Source of the DNA: Myxococcales bacterium
Lineage (GTDB): Bacteria; Myxococcota_A; Polyangia; Polyangiales; Polyangiaceae
Length of the DNA stretch: 64,000 bases
NCBI GenBank assembly: GCA_016703425.1
Contig: JADJCA010000011.1
Location: 314,050 to 378,049, forward strand
Reading direction: 5' to 3'
Part shown: in pieces, positions 9,265 to 18,025 of the stretch
Layout: every line of letters begins with the position of its first letter
How positions within the stretch are numbered: position 1 is the first letter of the stretch
The notes under the pieces: model-generated
The model's input: only the letters and a program-made list of their open reading frames with translations
Database searches by the model: none
What the model was told of the DNA's origin: nothing
Made by a program: the position numbers and the translations under genes

Positions 9265-9924
9265 ATGCCTATCTTGAGAAGCAGCGTGAGAACCACCCAG
9301 GCCGCGACTGACAGCTTCATGACCGAGGTCCTCGCGCACTCCGACGGCATGTACGCCGTCGCTTGCCGCCTCACGAAGAACCCGGCAGAGGCGCAGGACT
9401 TGGTGCAGGACGCGCTGGTGAAGGCCATGCGTGGGCGCGAGCAGTTCAGCCAAGGAACGAACCTCAAGGCGTGGCTCTATCGCATCCTCACGAACACCTT
9501 CATCAACACGTATCGCCGCGGGGGTCTCGAGCGAAGCGTCCTCGACGGCCCCGACGCCGATCCCTTGGCCGACGGGTGGGTGAGCGTATCGACGATGCGC
9601 CAGCTCCGCGATCCGGAGCAGGTCGCGCTTCAACCGGTCATCGAAGGCGAGGTACGCCGGGCCCTCGACGAGCTGCCGACTGAGTTTCGCCTCGCTGTGA
9701 TCCTCTGTGACGTGGAAGAATTCTCGTACGAGGAGATCTCGCAGATCATGGGGTGTCCCATTGGTACGGTGATGAGTCGATTGCACCGCGGCAGGAAGCT
9801 CCTGCAGCGGTCCCTGCTCGGCCACGCGGTCGCCATGGGGATCGTCAAGGAGGAGCCAGCAGCCGCCAAGACGGAAGAGAAGCCGGTCGACCTCGCCGCC
9901 TACCGCGCGAAGAGGGCCGTATGA
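9265..9924 (+). CDS. RNA polymerase sigma-70 factor, ECF subfamily.
   Basis: Region 2 [40 protein letters not shown]. Region 4 [39 protein letters not shown]. Confidence 0.85.
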   Translation: MPILRSSVRTTQAATDSFMTEVLAHSDGMYAVACRLTKNPAEAQDLVQDALVKAMRGREQFSQGTNLKAWLYRILTNTFINTYRRGGLERSVLDGPDADPLADGWVSVSTMRQLRDPEQVALQPVIEGEVRRALDELPTEFRLAVILCDVEEFSYEEISQIMGCPIGTVMSRLHRGRKLLQRSLLGHAVAMGIVKEEPAAAKTEEKPVDLAAYRAKRAV

Positions 9925-10799
9925 GTCAGCCTTGTGAGCACCAGCACCTGCTCGAGGCTTACAACGATGGCCAGCTCGATCCAGCGACGATCCTCACCAT
10001 CGAAGCTCACCTGTCGCAGTGTGAAACGTGCCGCGAGCGGGTCCTGTTTCAGAAGGCCGTTCGAGGCTCGGTTCGGCGCGACGTGAGAAGCGAGGCGCTG
10101 CCGGAAGACGCGCGCGCTCGGTTCATGGCGGCGCTCGCCGGCGTCGCCGACGGCGAAGCCATTGACGCTCGTGAAGAGCGAGCGATGCTCCGCAAGGAAG
10201 AGCTGAGCGCTCGATCGCCCGCCGTCTCGTGGACGCTACGCTCCGCGGTGCCGCTCACCGCCGCCGCCGCGTTGGCGCTCGTATGGGGCGCTTCGGCGCA
10301 AGGCCCGCTCACCGCCCGCGCGTCGCTCTTCGGCGCGACCGCCATCGACGCGAGCCGCGAGATCTTGGACGAGCTGGTGCAGGAGCACTCGAGACCCTTG
10401 CCGCCGGAGCGCACCGATCCGAAAGACCTCCGAGAGTTCGAGCGCTACGTGGGCGTGCCGGTCAAGCCGCGCACCTTCGAGAAGGGGTCCGGCGCGAGGC
10501 TCGTGGGCGGTCGCGTGATGCCCATGCACCAAGAGCGCGCCGCGATGCTCCAATACGAGGTGGGAAGCGCGGAAGGTCCCAAGCGCGTGAGCGTGCTGAT
10601 CTACGATCCCAGGCGCATCCAAGTCGGCAGCACCGAGCTGGCGCCGCGAACGGTGGGCACGTCCGAGGTTCGCGTCGGTCGTGCCCGCGGCTACTCGGTG
10701 GCGGTCACGGAGCGCGAAGGCGTCGGCTACGCGCTCGCGAGCGACCTCGACACGGAACGCAGCGCGCAGTTCGTCAGCTTCGTCGACGACCAACCCTAG
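9921..10799 (+). CDS. Anti-sigma factor, zinc-binding (ZAS-like) N-terminal domain plus TM and a periplasmic domain.
   Basis: ATG at 9921 overlaps the sigma stop. HLLEAY...HLSQCETC gives an H-x3-C-x2-C ZAS motif. A hydrophobic segment ~residues 160-185. In frame with track ORF 9753..10799. Confidence 0.7.
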   Translation: MSQPCEHQHLLEAYNDGQLDPATILTIEAHLSQCETCRERVLFQKAVRGSVRRDVRSEALPEDARARFMAALAGVADGEAIDAREERAMLRKEELSARSPAVSWTLRSAVPLTAAAALALVWGASAQGPLTARASLFGATAIDASREILDELVQEHSRPLPPERTDPKDLREFERYVGVPVKPRTFEKGSGARLVGGRVMPMHQERAAMLQYEVGSAEGPKRVSVLIYDPRRIQVGSTELAPRTVGTSEVRVGRARGYSVAVTEREGVGYALASDLDTERSAQFVSFVDDQP

Positions 10800-10928
10800 A
10801 CGCGCCACCACACTTGGCGACGCGGCGGCGGGCTGGCCCTGCCGCCCGCAGCGATGCGCAGCGGCGCCGCGTGGGCCTTCGCCAAAACGCTGGAAGCTCT
10901 GGGGCCTCCGTGGCATGTCTCAGGCCCC

Positions 10929-11900
10929 ATGCGCTTCGTTTTTCTGATGGACGCACTCGACCGCGTCCTGCCCGACAAGGACACGACCTTCGCCATGCAA
11001 CGGGCGGCGCAGCGACGGGGTCACACGTGCCTCTTCGCGGAGCTCCGCGACCTCTCGAACGTCGAAGGCGAGCCCCACGCCCGCGTGCGCACCATCGAGG
11101 TCTCCGACACGGCGCCGCACTTCAAGCTCGGCGAACCGAGCGACGTGCACCTCGCTACCGTTGACGCGGTCTTCATCCGCAAGGACCCGCCCTTCGACTC
11201 GAGCTACCTCTACGCGACGCTCCTCCTCGAGCGCGCTCGTGACCGGACCGTCATCGTCAACGATCCGCGGGGACTCCGCGACGCCAACGAGAAGCTCTAC
11301 GCGCTCCACTTCATTCGCCACATGCCGCGCACAGCGGTGACGGCACGCGAAGACGCCATCACGGCGTTCGTGAAGAAGGTCGGCGGCCAGGCCGTGATCA
11401 AGCCGCTCCACGGAGCCGGCGGCGCCGGCGTCTTCATGTTGCGCGAGGGCGATCCGAACGTGCGCTCCATCATCGAAACGGTGACGCGCGAAGGCGCCGA
11501 CATCGCCATGGTGCAGGAGTTTCTGCCGGCCGTGCGCCAGGGCGACAAGCGCGTCCTCTTGCTCGACGGTGAGGTCCTGGGCGGCATCAACCGCGTCCCC
11601 CGCAGCGACGACATTCGCTCGAACATCCACGTCGGCGGGTCCGCCCTCGAGACCAACGTGACCGAAGAGGAGCGCGCGGTGGTGCGCGACATCGCGCCGC
11701 GCCTACGGCGCGACGGGCTCTTCTTCGTGGGCCTCGACTTCATCGGTGGAAGACTCACCGAGGTCAACGTCACCTCGCCGACGGGCATCCAGCAGTTGAG
11801 CCGTCACCTGGGCCGCGACGTCACGGAAGACGTCATCGCCTGGGTCGAGCGGCGAGTCCACGACGCGAAGCCGCTCCCCCCCGCCAGCCTCGCGCCCTAA
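10929..11900 (+). CDS. gshB: Glutathione synthetase (ATP-grasp).
   Basis: MRFVFLMDALDRV..., RKDPPFD, ...AVIKPLHGAGGAGVF..., VQEFLP, GLDFIGGRLTEVNVTSPTG are characteristic of prokaryotic GshB. Confidence 0.85.
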   Translation: MRFVFLMDALDRVLPDKDTTFAMQRAAQRRGHTCLFAELRDLSNVEGEPHARVRTIEVSDTAPHFKLGEPSDVHLATVDAVFIRKDPPFDSSYLYATLLLERARDRTVIVNDPRGLRDANEKLYALHFIRHMPRTAVTAREDAITAFVKKVGGQAVIKPLHGAGGAGVFMLREGDPNVRSIIETVTREGADIAMVQEFLPAVRQGDKRVLLLDGEVLGGINRVPRSDDIRSNIHVGGSALETNVTEEERAVVRDIAPRLRRDGLFFVGLDFIGGRLTEVNVTSPTGIQQLSRHLGRDVTEDVIAWVERRVHDAKPLPPASLAP

Positions 11901-11907
11901 GCGTTCC

Positions 11908-12900
11908 ATGCCCGTCACAGTGATCGTTCGGACCGACGAGGCCGGCGCGTCCACGTCGCCGTCTCTTACTTTTGATGGTCCGCGCGTGGTCATCGGTCGC
12001 GGCGCCGGCTGCGACGTCCGCTTGCCCGACGCGAGCGTCAGCCATCGCCACGCCACGCTGCAAGTGACCAGCGGAGCCGTGACGTTGTCCGACGAAGGCA
12101 GCTCCAACGGGACCTTCGTCGGAAAGAAACGCCTCTCGGCCCGCGCGCCGACCACGATCAAGTCCGGCGAGCTCGTGCGCGTCGGTCGCGTATGGCTCGA
12201 GCTCCGCATCGAGGAACGGCCCGCCACCCGCGACTTGTCGATGGCCACCAAAGACATCGCCCTCGCGCTCGTCGCGCGCGCCATGCGGTCGCTCGGCGAG
12301 GAGCACGTGCCGTACGTGCGGGTCGACGCGGGCCCCGACGAAGGCGCGGAGCTCGCGCTGGCCGAAGAGGGGCGCGTCTACGTCATCGGACGGGGTGACG
12401 CCTGCGATCTGGCGCTCGGCGACGCCGATGCCTCCCGTGAGCACGTTCAGCTCGTACGCCGCGGCGGAGCGATCCTTGTTCGAGACCGCGGCTCGAAGAA
12501 CGGCGCGGACCTCGAGGGGGTGCCGCTCTCGGACGCGCGCGACGTCACCTGGAAGGCGGGGCAGTCGTTGCTCCTCGCCAACACAGTCCTCGTGCTCTTT
12601 GATCCAACGTTGTCGGCGCTCAAGAGCATCGAAGAGGCGGACGACGAGCCGCTCGCCGACGCCGACGTCCCTGCCCCGCCCGTGAGCGTGGCCGACGCCT
12701 TCGGCGAGCGCAGCGCGTCGAAAGCACCGCCCGCACCGCTGCCGATCGCGCCGCCGTCGGAGCGGCCTCGGCCGTCCGCTTCGCCGCCAGCGCGACGGAG
12801 GCCGCGGGGGGTTCAGCCGGGCGAAGCCGGATTGCTCGTCGTCGCGCTGATCATTTTGGTGCTGAGCCTCGGCGGACTGTTCTGGCTGCTCCGAACCTAG
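11908..12900 (+). CDS. Protein with two FHA domains and a C-terminal TM anchor.
   Basis: Two copies of the FHA core (VVIGRGAGCDVRLPDASVSHRHATL...SSNGTFV and VYVIGRGDACDLALGDADASREHVQL...SKNGADL). C-terminal hydrophobic stretch LLVVALIILVLSLGGLFWLL. Confidence 0.8.
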   Translation: MPVTVIVRTDEAGASTSPSLTFDGPRVVIGRGAGCDVRLPDASVSHRHATLQVTSGAVTLSDEGSSNGTFVGKKRLSARAPTTIKSGELVRVGRVWLELRIEERPATRDLSMATKDIALALVARAMRSLGEEHVPYVRVDAGPDEGAELALAEEGRVYVIGRGDACDLALGDADASREHVQLVRRGGAILVRDRGSKNGADLEGVPLSDARDVTWKAGQSLLLANTVLVLFDPTLSALKSIEEADDEPLADADVPAPPVSVADAFGERSASKAPPAPLPIAPPSERPRPSASPPARRRPRGVQPGEAGLLVVALIILVLSLGGLFWLLRT

Positions 12901-12915
12901 GGCGCCAGGGGGTGC

Positions 12916-14754
12916 TCAGCGCGAGCCGGAGCTCTGCGACGCTTCCGACTCTAGGGCCGAGAGCGTTGTCGCTTCGGCCTTGGCCGGCGCCGGCGGTGGC
13001 TTGCGACCCACGCCCGGCGGGTACGCGAGCGGCAACCCTGCGCGCGGCACCGCTTCCAGCATGGTAACGAGCTCGGCAGCGCTCTTGGGGCGATCCTGGA
13101 CGCGCTTCTTCAGGCATTGCATGACGATGTCGTCGAGCGCTTCCGGGATGTCGAGGTCGGGGCGCCGGCGACGCATCGCGATGGGCACTTGCCGTTGGTG
13201 AAGGTCCAGGAGATCGCGGCGATTGGCCGCCGTGATGGGGAGCTCACCGGTCAGCGCTTCGTAGATGAGCACGCCGAGCGCGTAGATGTCGGTCCGCGGC
13301 TCGACGGCCCCGCCAATGCATTGCTCGGGCGCCATGTATTCGGGCGTTCCGAGCGTGTAGCCCGCCTGCGTCAGCGACTCCGCCGAGGTCAACTTGCTCA
13401 TCCCGAAGTCGAGCACCTTGGAGGTGTTGTCTTCGCAAAGGAAGATGTTGCCGGGCTTGAGGTCGCGGTGCACCACACCTTTCTTGTGCGCCGCGTCGAG
13501 AGCCTTGGCGACGTCTGCGAAGACCGGGATCGCGAACGCCGGGGTGATGATGCCGTCCTTGGCGAGCTTGTCGGCGAGGGAGCGCCCATGAAGACGGTCC
13601 ATGACGACGTAAATGGAGCCATCGGGCATCTGGTCGAGATCGAGGACGCGCGCGATGTTGGGATGGTCCACGTGAACCTGGATGTAGGCCTCGCGGCGGA
13701 GACGCGCGATCTCGCCGCCGTCACGCGCCGCTGCGCCACGAAGGACCTTCACGGCGACCTCGTGCCCGAGCGTGGAGTGCTCGGCCGAATAGACGACGCC
13801 GATGCCGCCGGAGCCGATCTTGCGACCGATGCGGTACTTGCCTCCGAGGACGGTGCCCGTGAGCTCGCCGGGCGTCGCGCCGAGATCTCCGCGCAGCTCG
13901 AGCCCGCGCTCCAGCGCAGAGATGCGATTTCGCTCGAACACCCGTTCGCTCTTGTCTCGGAGCGAGCGCTCGTAGAAAAGCCCGAGAGCGGCGCCGAGTC
14001 CCCCGGCCAGGATGGCGCTGGTCACGCCGGCGATGACGCCGCCGGCGAGGAAGGCGGCGCCGCCGCAGACGACGCCCGCTCCGGCCGCAAAGCCGGGGAT
14101 CGCGCCGCGCATCGACGTTTCACGCCACTCTACCTGGTAGAGACACGAGTCGGCTCCGCGACTTATGCACGCGTCGTGCGTAACGTGGGCAGGCGCGAGA
14201 CCCCAGATGCGCGGAAGGCCACCGAGCTCGCCCCGCCGAGCGGCACACAAGAGCTCCTCGCCGGGAGCGTCGACGGACATGGGCTCATCGTTGCCGTCGT
14301 CGCGCGCGCGATAGGTCATGCGCACGGCGGCCGACCCCTTGGGGCGGTCGGCGATCTCTTCGAGCTCCCAGGTGCCGACGCGGGTCTCTTCGCGAGCGTT
14401 GGACGCCAGGTAGCGATAGGCGTCGATGGGAAATTCGGCGACGCGCAACATCCGCACGCGCGCCCCGAGCGCCTCCGGGTGGGTGATCCATTCACCGAGA
14501 TCGTGGAGGGCGCTGGGGCCGAGCGCGTCGACGATAGCGCGGAGGGCACGCTTGGCTTGCTGCGCGCTCACCCAACCGGTCTCGTTGTCGATGAGCGAAA
14601 CGTCGATGCCGGCGCCGCTGAAGAGCGCGCGGGCGACGCGCTCACCTTTCTCGGCGCGGGCTCGCAGAAGGTAGGGCTTGAGGATGGAAGCGCGCAGCTC
14701 CTCCTTGCCGCCTTGGCGCACGTGACTGCGTCCCATCGCTGCGCCTTCGGGCAT
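12916..14754 (-). CDS. Serine/threonine protein kinase with an N-terminal sensory domain and TM segment.
   Basis: Kinase subdomains GSGGIGVVY, VAVKVL, HRDLKPGNIFL, DFGMSK, TPEYMAPE. Hydrophobic segment before the kinase domain. Pro-rich tail. Confidence 0.85.
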   Translation of the reverse strand: MPEGAAMGRSHVRQGGKEELRASILKPYLLRARAEKGERVARALFSGAGIDVSLIDNETGWVSAQQAKRALRAIVDALGPSALHDLGEWITHPEALGARVRMLRVAEFPIDAYRYLASNAREETRVGTWELEEIADRPKGSAAVRMTYRARDDGNDEPMSVDAPGEELLCAARRGELGGLPRIWGLAPAHVTHDACISRGADSCLYQVEWRETSMRGAIPGFAAGAGVVCGGAAFLAGGVIAGVTSAILAGGLGAALGLFYERSLRDKSERVFERNRISALERGLELRGDLGATPGELTGTVLGGKYRIGRKIGSGGIGVVYSAEHSTLGHEVAVKVLRGAAARDGGEIARLRREAYIQVHVDHPNIARVLDLDQMPDGSIYVVMDRLHGRSLADKLAKDGIITPAFAIPVFADVAKALDAAHKKGVVHRDLKPGNIFLCEDNTSKVLDFGMSKLTSAESLTQAGYTLGTPEYMAPEQCIGGAVEPRTDIYALGVLIYEALTGELPITAANRRDLLDLHQRQVPIAMRRRRPDLDIPEALDDIVMQCLKKRVQDRPKSAAELVTMLEAVPRAGLPLAYPPGVGRKPPPAPAKAEATTLSALESEASQSSGSR

Positions 14755-14877
14755 ACCGACAGAATCTACGCCGATGGGACGGCACCGTCATCTGCAGCAG
14801 ACGCCGAAGCGCGTCGTGCATGGGTCGTGCATGGGAGGAGGTGGGAGACGCGCGCGCCACTAGCCCTCAAGAGACGC

Positions 14878-15735
14878 CTAGAACGAGCCGCTCAGTACTG
14901 CACCCGCGCCACGGGGAGCGGCGGTTGGCAAAAGGGCGACCGCCGACCGTCTGCTTCCGAGCGTGAGCCAGAGCACGCCGGCGCCCACGGCGACGAGTGA
15001 CGCACCGGCCACTGCGCCGCCGACGATCGCGCGTGTGGTCGCCGAATCGAAGTCCGCAGACGCGGAAGTGGCGCTTTCACCGAGCGGGCACACGCGCCGT
15101 CCCGACGACTCGGGGCACCGTGACTCCACGTCAGCACGACTGGACAATGCAGTGACCAAGACGACCGCACCGACGGCGACGCCAACGCCGCCGGCGCCAA
15201 CGACGATCCACGGGGCCACGCGCGGAGCGCTCTTGGGCTCCACTGGCGGCGCCGGCGGCGGTGTAGGCGCCAGCGGCGAAGCAGAAGGCGCTTCGGCGGG
15301 GGGGCCCGCTGGCGCGGCGACGGGCGGCGGAGGCGACGAGGCGGCCTTCGGCTCTTCCCGCGAGAGGTTCGCGATGCGCTTCTTCACGGCGTCCACGCTC
15401 GGGTCCGTCGGTGAGGCGCGCGCCACGAACACGTTGAGCGCCACCAAGGCTTCGGCGCGGTTCTGCGCGAGCTCGTAGGCGCGGGCGATGATGGGGAGCA
15501 GCTCGTGTTTCGTGCAATCGCGCCGGTAAGAGTCTTTGAAGTAGGTCACGGCGGTCGCGTAGTCGCCCTCGTCGAAGGAGTGACGTCCGGCGAGGTAGGC
15601 GCCGTGGGCCGCCTCTGTGTCGGCCTTGGAGGGCGCGCGGGTGCACGCCGGGTAGTTCGACTCGGCGCGGAGCGCCGGTGCAAGCGTCAACGCGAAGGCC
15701 GCGCTCGCAAGGCCCACGAGGATCTTCGCGGTCAT
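14878..15735 (-). CDS. Secreted/membrane protein with a TPR-like N-terminal domain, Pro-rich linker and C-terminal TM.
   Basis: Signal peptide MTAKILVGLASAAFALTLAPALRA. Helical TPR-like region. PPPPVAAPAGPPAEAPSASP linker. Hydrophobic C-terminal segments. Confidence 0.5.
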   Translation of the reverse strand: MTAKILVGLASAAFALTLAPALRAESNYPACTRAPSKADTEAAHGAYLAGRHSFDEGDYATAVTYFKDSYRRDCTKHELLPIIARAYELAQNRAEALVALNVFVARASPTDPSVDAVKKRIANLSREEPKAASSPPPPVAAPAGPPAEAPSASPLAPTPPPAPPVEPKSAPRVAPWIVVGAGGVGVAVGAVVLVTALSSRADVESRCPESSGRRVCPLGESATSASADFDSATTRAIVGGAVAGASLVAVGAGVLWLTLGSRRSAVALLPTAAPRGAGAVLSGSF

Positions 15736-15801
15736 GCGCCGCCGAAGGTAGAGCGAAATCCGCGACGACGCGAGTCGCGTGACGTCACGCGCCGGGGCTT
15801 G

Positions 15802-16437
15802 CTACCGAACGCCCACGGGCGTGGGAACCAAGTGCGGGTTCTTCTCGCCGGCCTTGGCCTTCTCTTCGTATTTGCTCGGGCACTTGGTGAGGATGTTCGT
15901 CGCTTCGAACGTGCCGTCGGCCTTGAGCGCGCCCTCGACGGTGAGCGCGACGTCCATGCCCGGCGTGTCTTGGAAGTTGTCGGGGACGACGCATTGAGCA
16001 AAGCGGACAGGCATCGACTGACCGCTCTTCTCCACGGAGAAGAGGTACTCGCAGGGCGACTCGCGGCGATTGAGCGAGCCCTTCACGAGCACGCCCTCCG
16101 CACGAACGGGACGGCCGAGGTACTTGTCACGCTGAGCCAAGAGCTCGTCGACGGGCTTCGAGTAGATGGCGTTGTCCTTCATGCCGGTCAGCGCCATCGT
16201 CACCACACCGCCGCCCACGGCCACGAGGACCAGCACGAGGCCCAAGCCTCCTCGCGAGGCTTGCGGCGCGGCGCGGCGAGCCGAGCGAACGGGAAGCGCG
16301 ACGGCCTCGGTCTCGTCTTGCGGGGGCTTGGCGGGCGGATCGGACATAGTTGAAACCCTGAGGGAGCGTTCATTCTGGGGGCCATGCGGCGTCGCGTCAA
16401 CGTGGCCCCACCAAGTCCCGACACAAGCGACAAGCAC
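15802..16437 (-). CDS. ccmE: Cytochrome c maturation haem chaperone CcmE homolog, CxxxY variant.
   Basis: N-terminal TM anchor then an OB-fold that aligns with CcmE (VRAEGVLVKGSLNRR..., ...VALTVEGALKADGTFEATNILTKCPSKYE). The haem-binding HxxxY is replaced by C-P-S-K-Y. No other ccm genes nearby. Confidence 0.55.
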   Translation of the reverse strand: MLVACVGTWWGHVDATPHGPQNERSLRVSTMSDPPAKPPQDETEAVALPVRSARRAAPQASRGGLGLVLVLVAVGGGVVTMALTGMKDNAIYSKPVDELLAQRDKYLGRPVRAEGVLVKGSLNRRESPCEYLFSVEKSGQSMPVRFAQCVVPDNFQDTPGMDVALTVEGALKADGTFEATNILTKCPSKYEEKAKAGEKNPHLVPTPVGVR

Positions 16438-16482
16438 CCACCTGCCCGTGGGTATAGGCGCGTCGGCGTGGCTCGGTGCCCG

Positions 16483-17073
16483 ATGCTAGAGTTGAGCCTC
16501 ATGGACGTGCTCACTGCGCCGGTCCTTGTTTTGAACAAGAACTTTGAACCCGTTCAACTGACCACGGCACGACGCGCGTTCGTCCTCCTCTATGGCGGCG
16601 CGGCCCTCGCGCTCGACGAAGAAGGCGAGACCTACGACTTCGATCTCTGGCGCTTCCTGCCGGTGCGGGACGACGACGATGGTGTGCCGACGGTCGCCGG
16701 CAGCGTGCGCGTCCCGCGCGTCGTGCACCTTCACCGCTACGACCGAACGCCGCGCCTCCAGGTGCGGCTCACGCGCCGCAACCTGATGGTTCGCGACGCG
16801 CACCAATGCCAATACTGCGGAAGGAAGCCGACCCTTCGCGAGCTCAACATCGATCACGTCCTGCCGCGCTCGCGCGGCGGCGTCGACTCGTGGGAGAACC
16901 TCGTCACATCGTGCAAGGCGTGCAACCTGCGGAAGGGCTGGAAGACCCCGGAGGAGGCCAACATGCGGCTCGCGCGCAGGCCCTTCCGTCCGAAGTGGAC
17001 CATGTCCGCGCAGATTCTCTTGGGGACCGGTTCGCGCTACCGCGAGTGGGAGCCGTTCCTTCAGGCGAGCTGA
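16483..17073 (+). CDS. HNH endonuclease.
   Basis: HNH core CQYCGRKPTLRELNIDHVLPRSRGGVDSWENLVTSCKACNLRKG. Internal ATG at 16483 of track ORF 16384..17073. Confidence 0.8.
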   Translation: MLELSLMDVLTAPVLVLNKNFEPVQLTTARRAFVLLYGGAALALDEEGETYDFDLWRFLPVRDDDDGVPTVAGSVRVPRVVHLHRYDRTPRLQVRLTRRNLMVRDAHQCQYCGRKPTLRELNIDHVLPRSRGGVDSWENLVTSCKACNLRKGWKTPEEANMRLARRPFRPKWTMSAQILLGTGSRYREWEPFLQAS

Positions 17074-17133
17074 GTCTTCGCGCAGGGAAAAAAGTCGCCT
17101 GCGTCGAACGCGTTCTTCGACGTCGAACGTTTC

Positions 17134-17541
17134 ATGGGCATGGTCCTCCGCGTCACCCGCGCGCACCGCCACGCCTGCTTCCTCGCGGCGCTCCTTGCGA
17201 GCGCCATCGCGTTCGAGCCCTCCGTTTCCGTTGCGAAGGGCTCGGCCTTTCGGGACGAAGGGAGAAGCGCGCGCCCATTCCTTGGGACCTACGACACCAA
17301 TTGGGGTCCCGTGTGGCTCCGTCTGGACCCCGAGGGCTCGCTCGTGGGCGACTACGCTGGGCCGTTCGTGGGAACCCTCGAAGGCACCGTCGTGGGGCGC
17401 CGGTACCACTTCGCTTGGCGTCAAACGAACGGCGAAGGCGGCCGCGGATACTTCGAACGAACCGAAGACGGCATCGCCGGTGAGTGGGGCAGCGGCGAGA
17501 GTGAGACCTCGGGCGGGGTCTGGTCCGGCCGACGGCGCTGA
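17134..17541 (+). CDS. Small secreted hypothetical protein.
   Basis: Signal-peptide-like N-terminus (HACFLAALLASAIAFEPSVSVA), then non-repetitive Gly/Trp/Tyr-containing sequence. Confidence 0.4.
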   Translation: MGMVLRVTRAHRHACFLAALLASAIAFEPSVSVAKGSAFRDEGRSARPFLGTYDTNWGPVWLRLDPEGSLVGDYAGPFVGTLEGTVVGRRYHFAWRQTNGEGGRGYFERTEDGIAGEWGSGESETSGGVWSGRRR

Positions 17542-17544
17542 GCG

Positions 17545-18025
17545 CTAGCGCGCGTCGCCGATGAGCTCGCCGTTGTCGCAGCGCCCCCACAGGGTCCAAG
17601 CGCCCGACTCGCAGACGAAGACGTCTTCGCACGCGCAGCAGCTCCCCGGGCACCCGGAGGCGAAGCCCAAGGAGCAGTCTGGGAACGCGAGGTCGAGGCA
17701 GCCGGGGCCACCGAACGCGCCCGACGACATCGACAGAGACGTCGCGCGGGGAGACGTTCGCGTCGCTCACGGACGCCTCGACGGCGACGGAGGCGTCGCG
17801 AGCCGCGCACGTTCGGTCGAGCCGCCACGAGCCGGAGGCCTGGCAAACGTAGACTGCCGCGCAGGCCGGATCGACGCACGCGTTGTCGCGACGCGGACAG
17901 CCGCCGGCGGGGATGTCGACACAAGGCACGGGAGGTGGCAACTCGGGTGCGCACGCGACGAACGCCGCCGCGCCGGCAAACGCGACGAGGACCGCCAGCG
18001 CGAGGGGCGAGGCTCGAAGGCTCAT
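17545..18025 (-). CDS. Secreted Cys-rich protein, apparently frameshifted near 17740-17760; downstream of the kinase gene and overlapping its stop.
   Basis: Frame A (track 17153..18025) starts MSLRASPLALAVLVAFAGAAAFVACAPELPPPVPCVDIPAGGCPRRDNACVDPACAAVYVCQASGSW... then degenerates into Arg-rich nonsense after ~100 aa. The adjacent frame (track 17545..17730) continues ...GFASGCPGSCCACEDVFVCESGAWTLWGRCDNGELIGDAR to a stop. Both parts are Cys-rich and similar in composition. Confidence 0.4.

Noticed and set aside
10229-11164. 311-aa + ORF and 226-aa - ORF across the anti-sigma/gshB region
   Set aside because: Arg/Gly/His-rich. They overlap well-supported genes in other frames.
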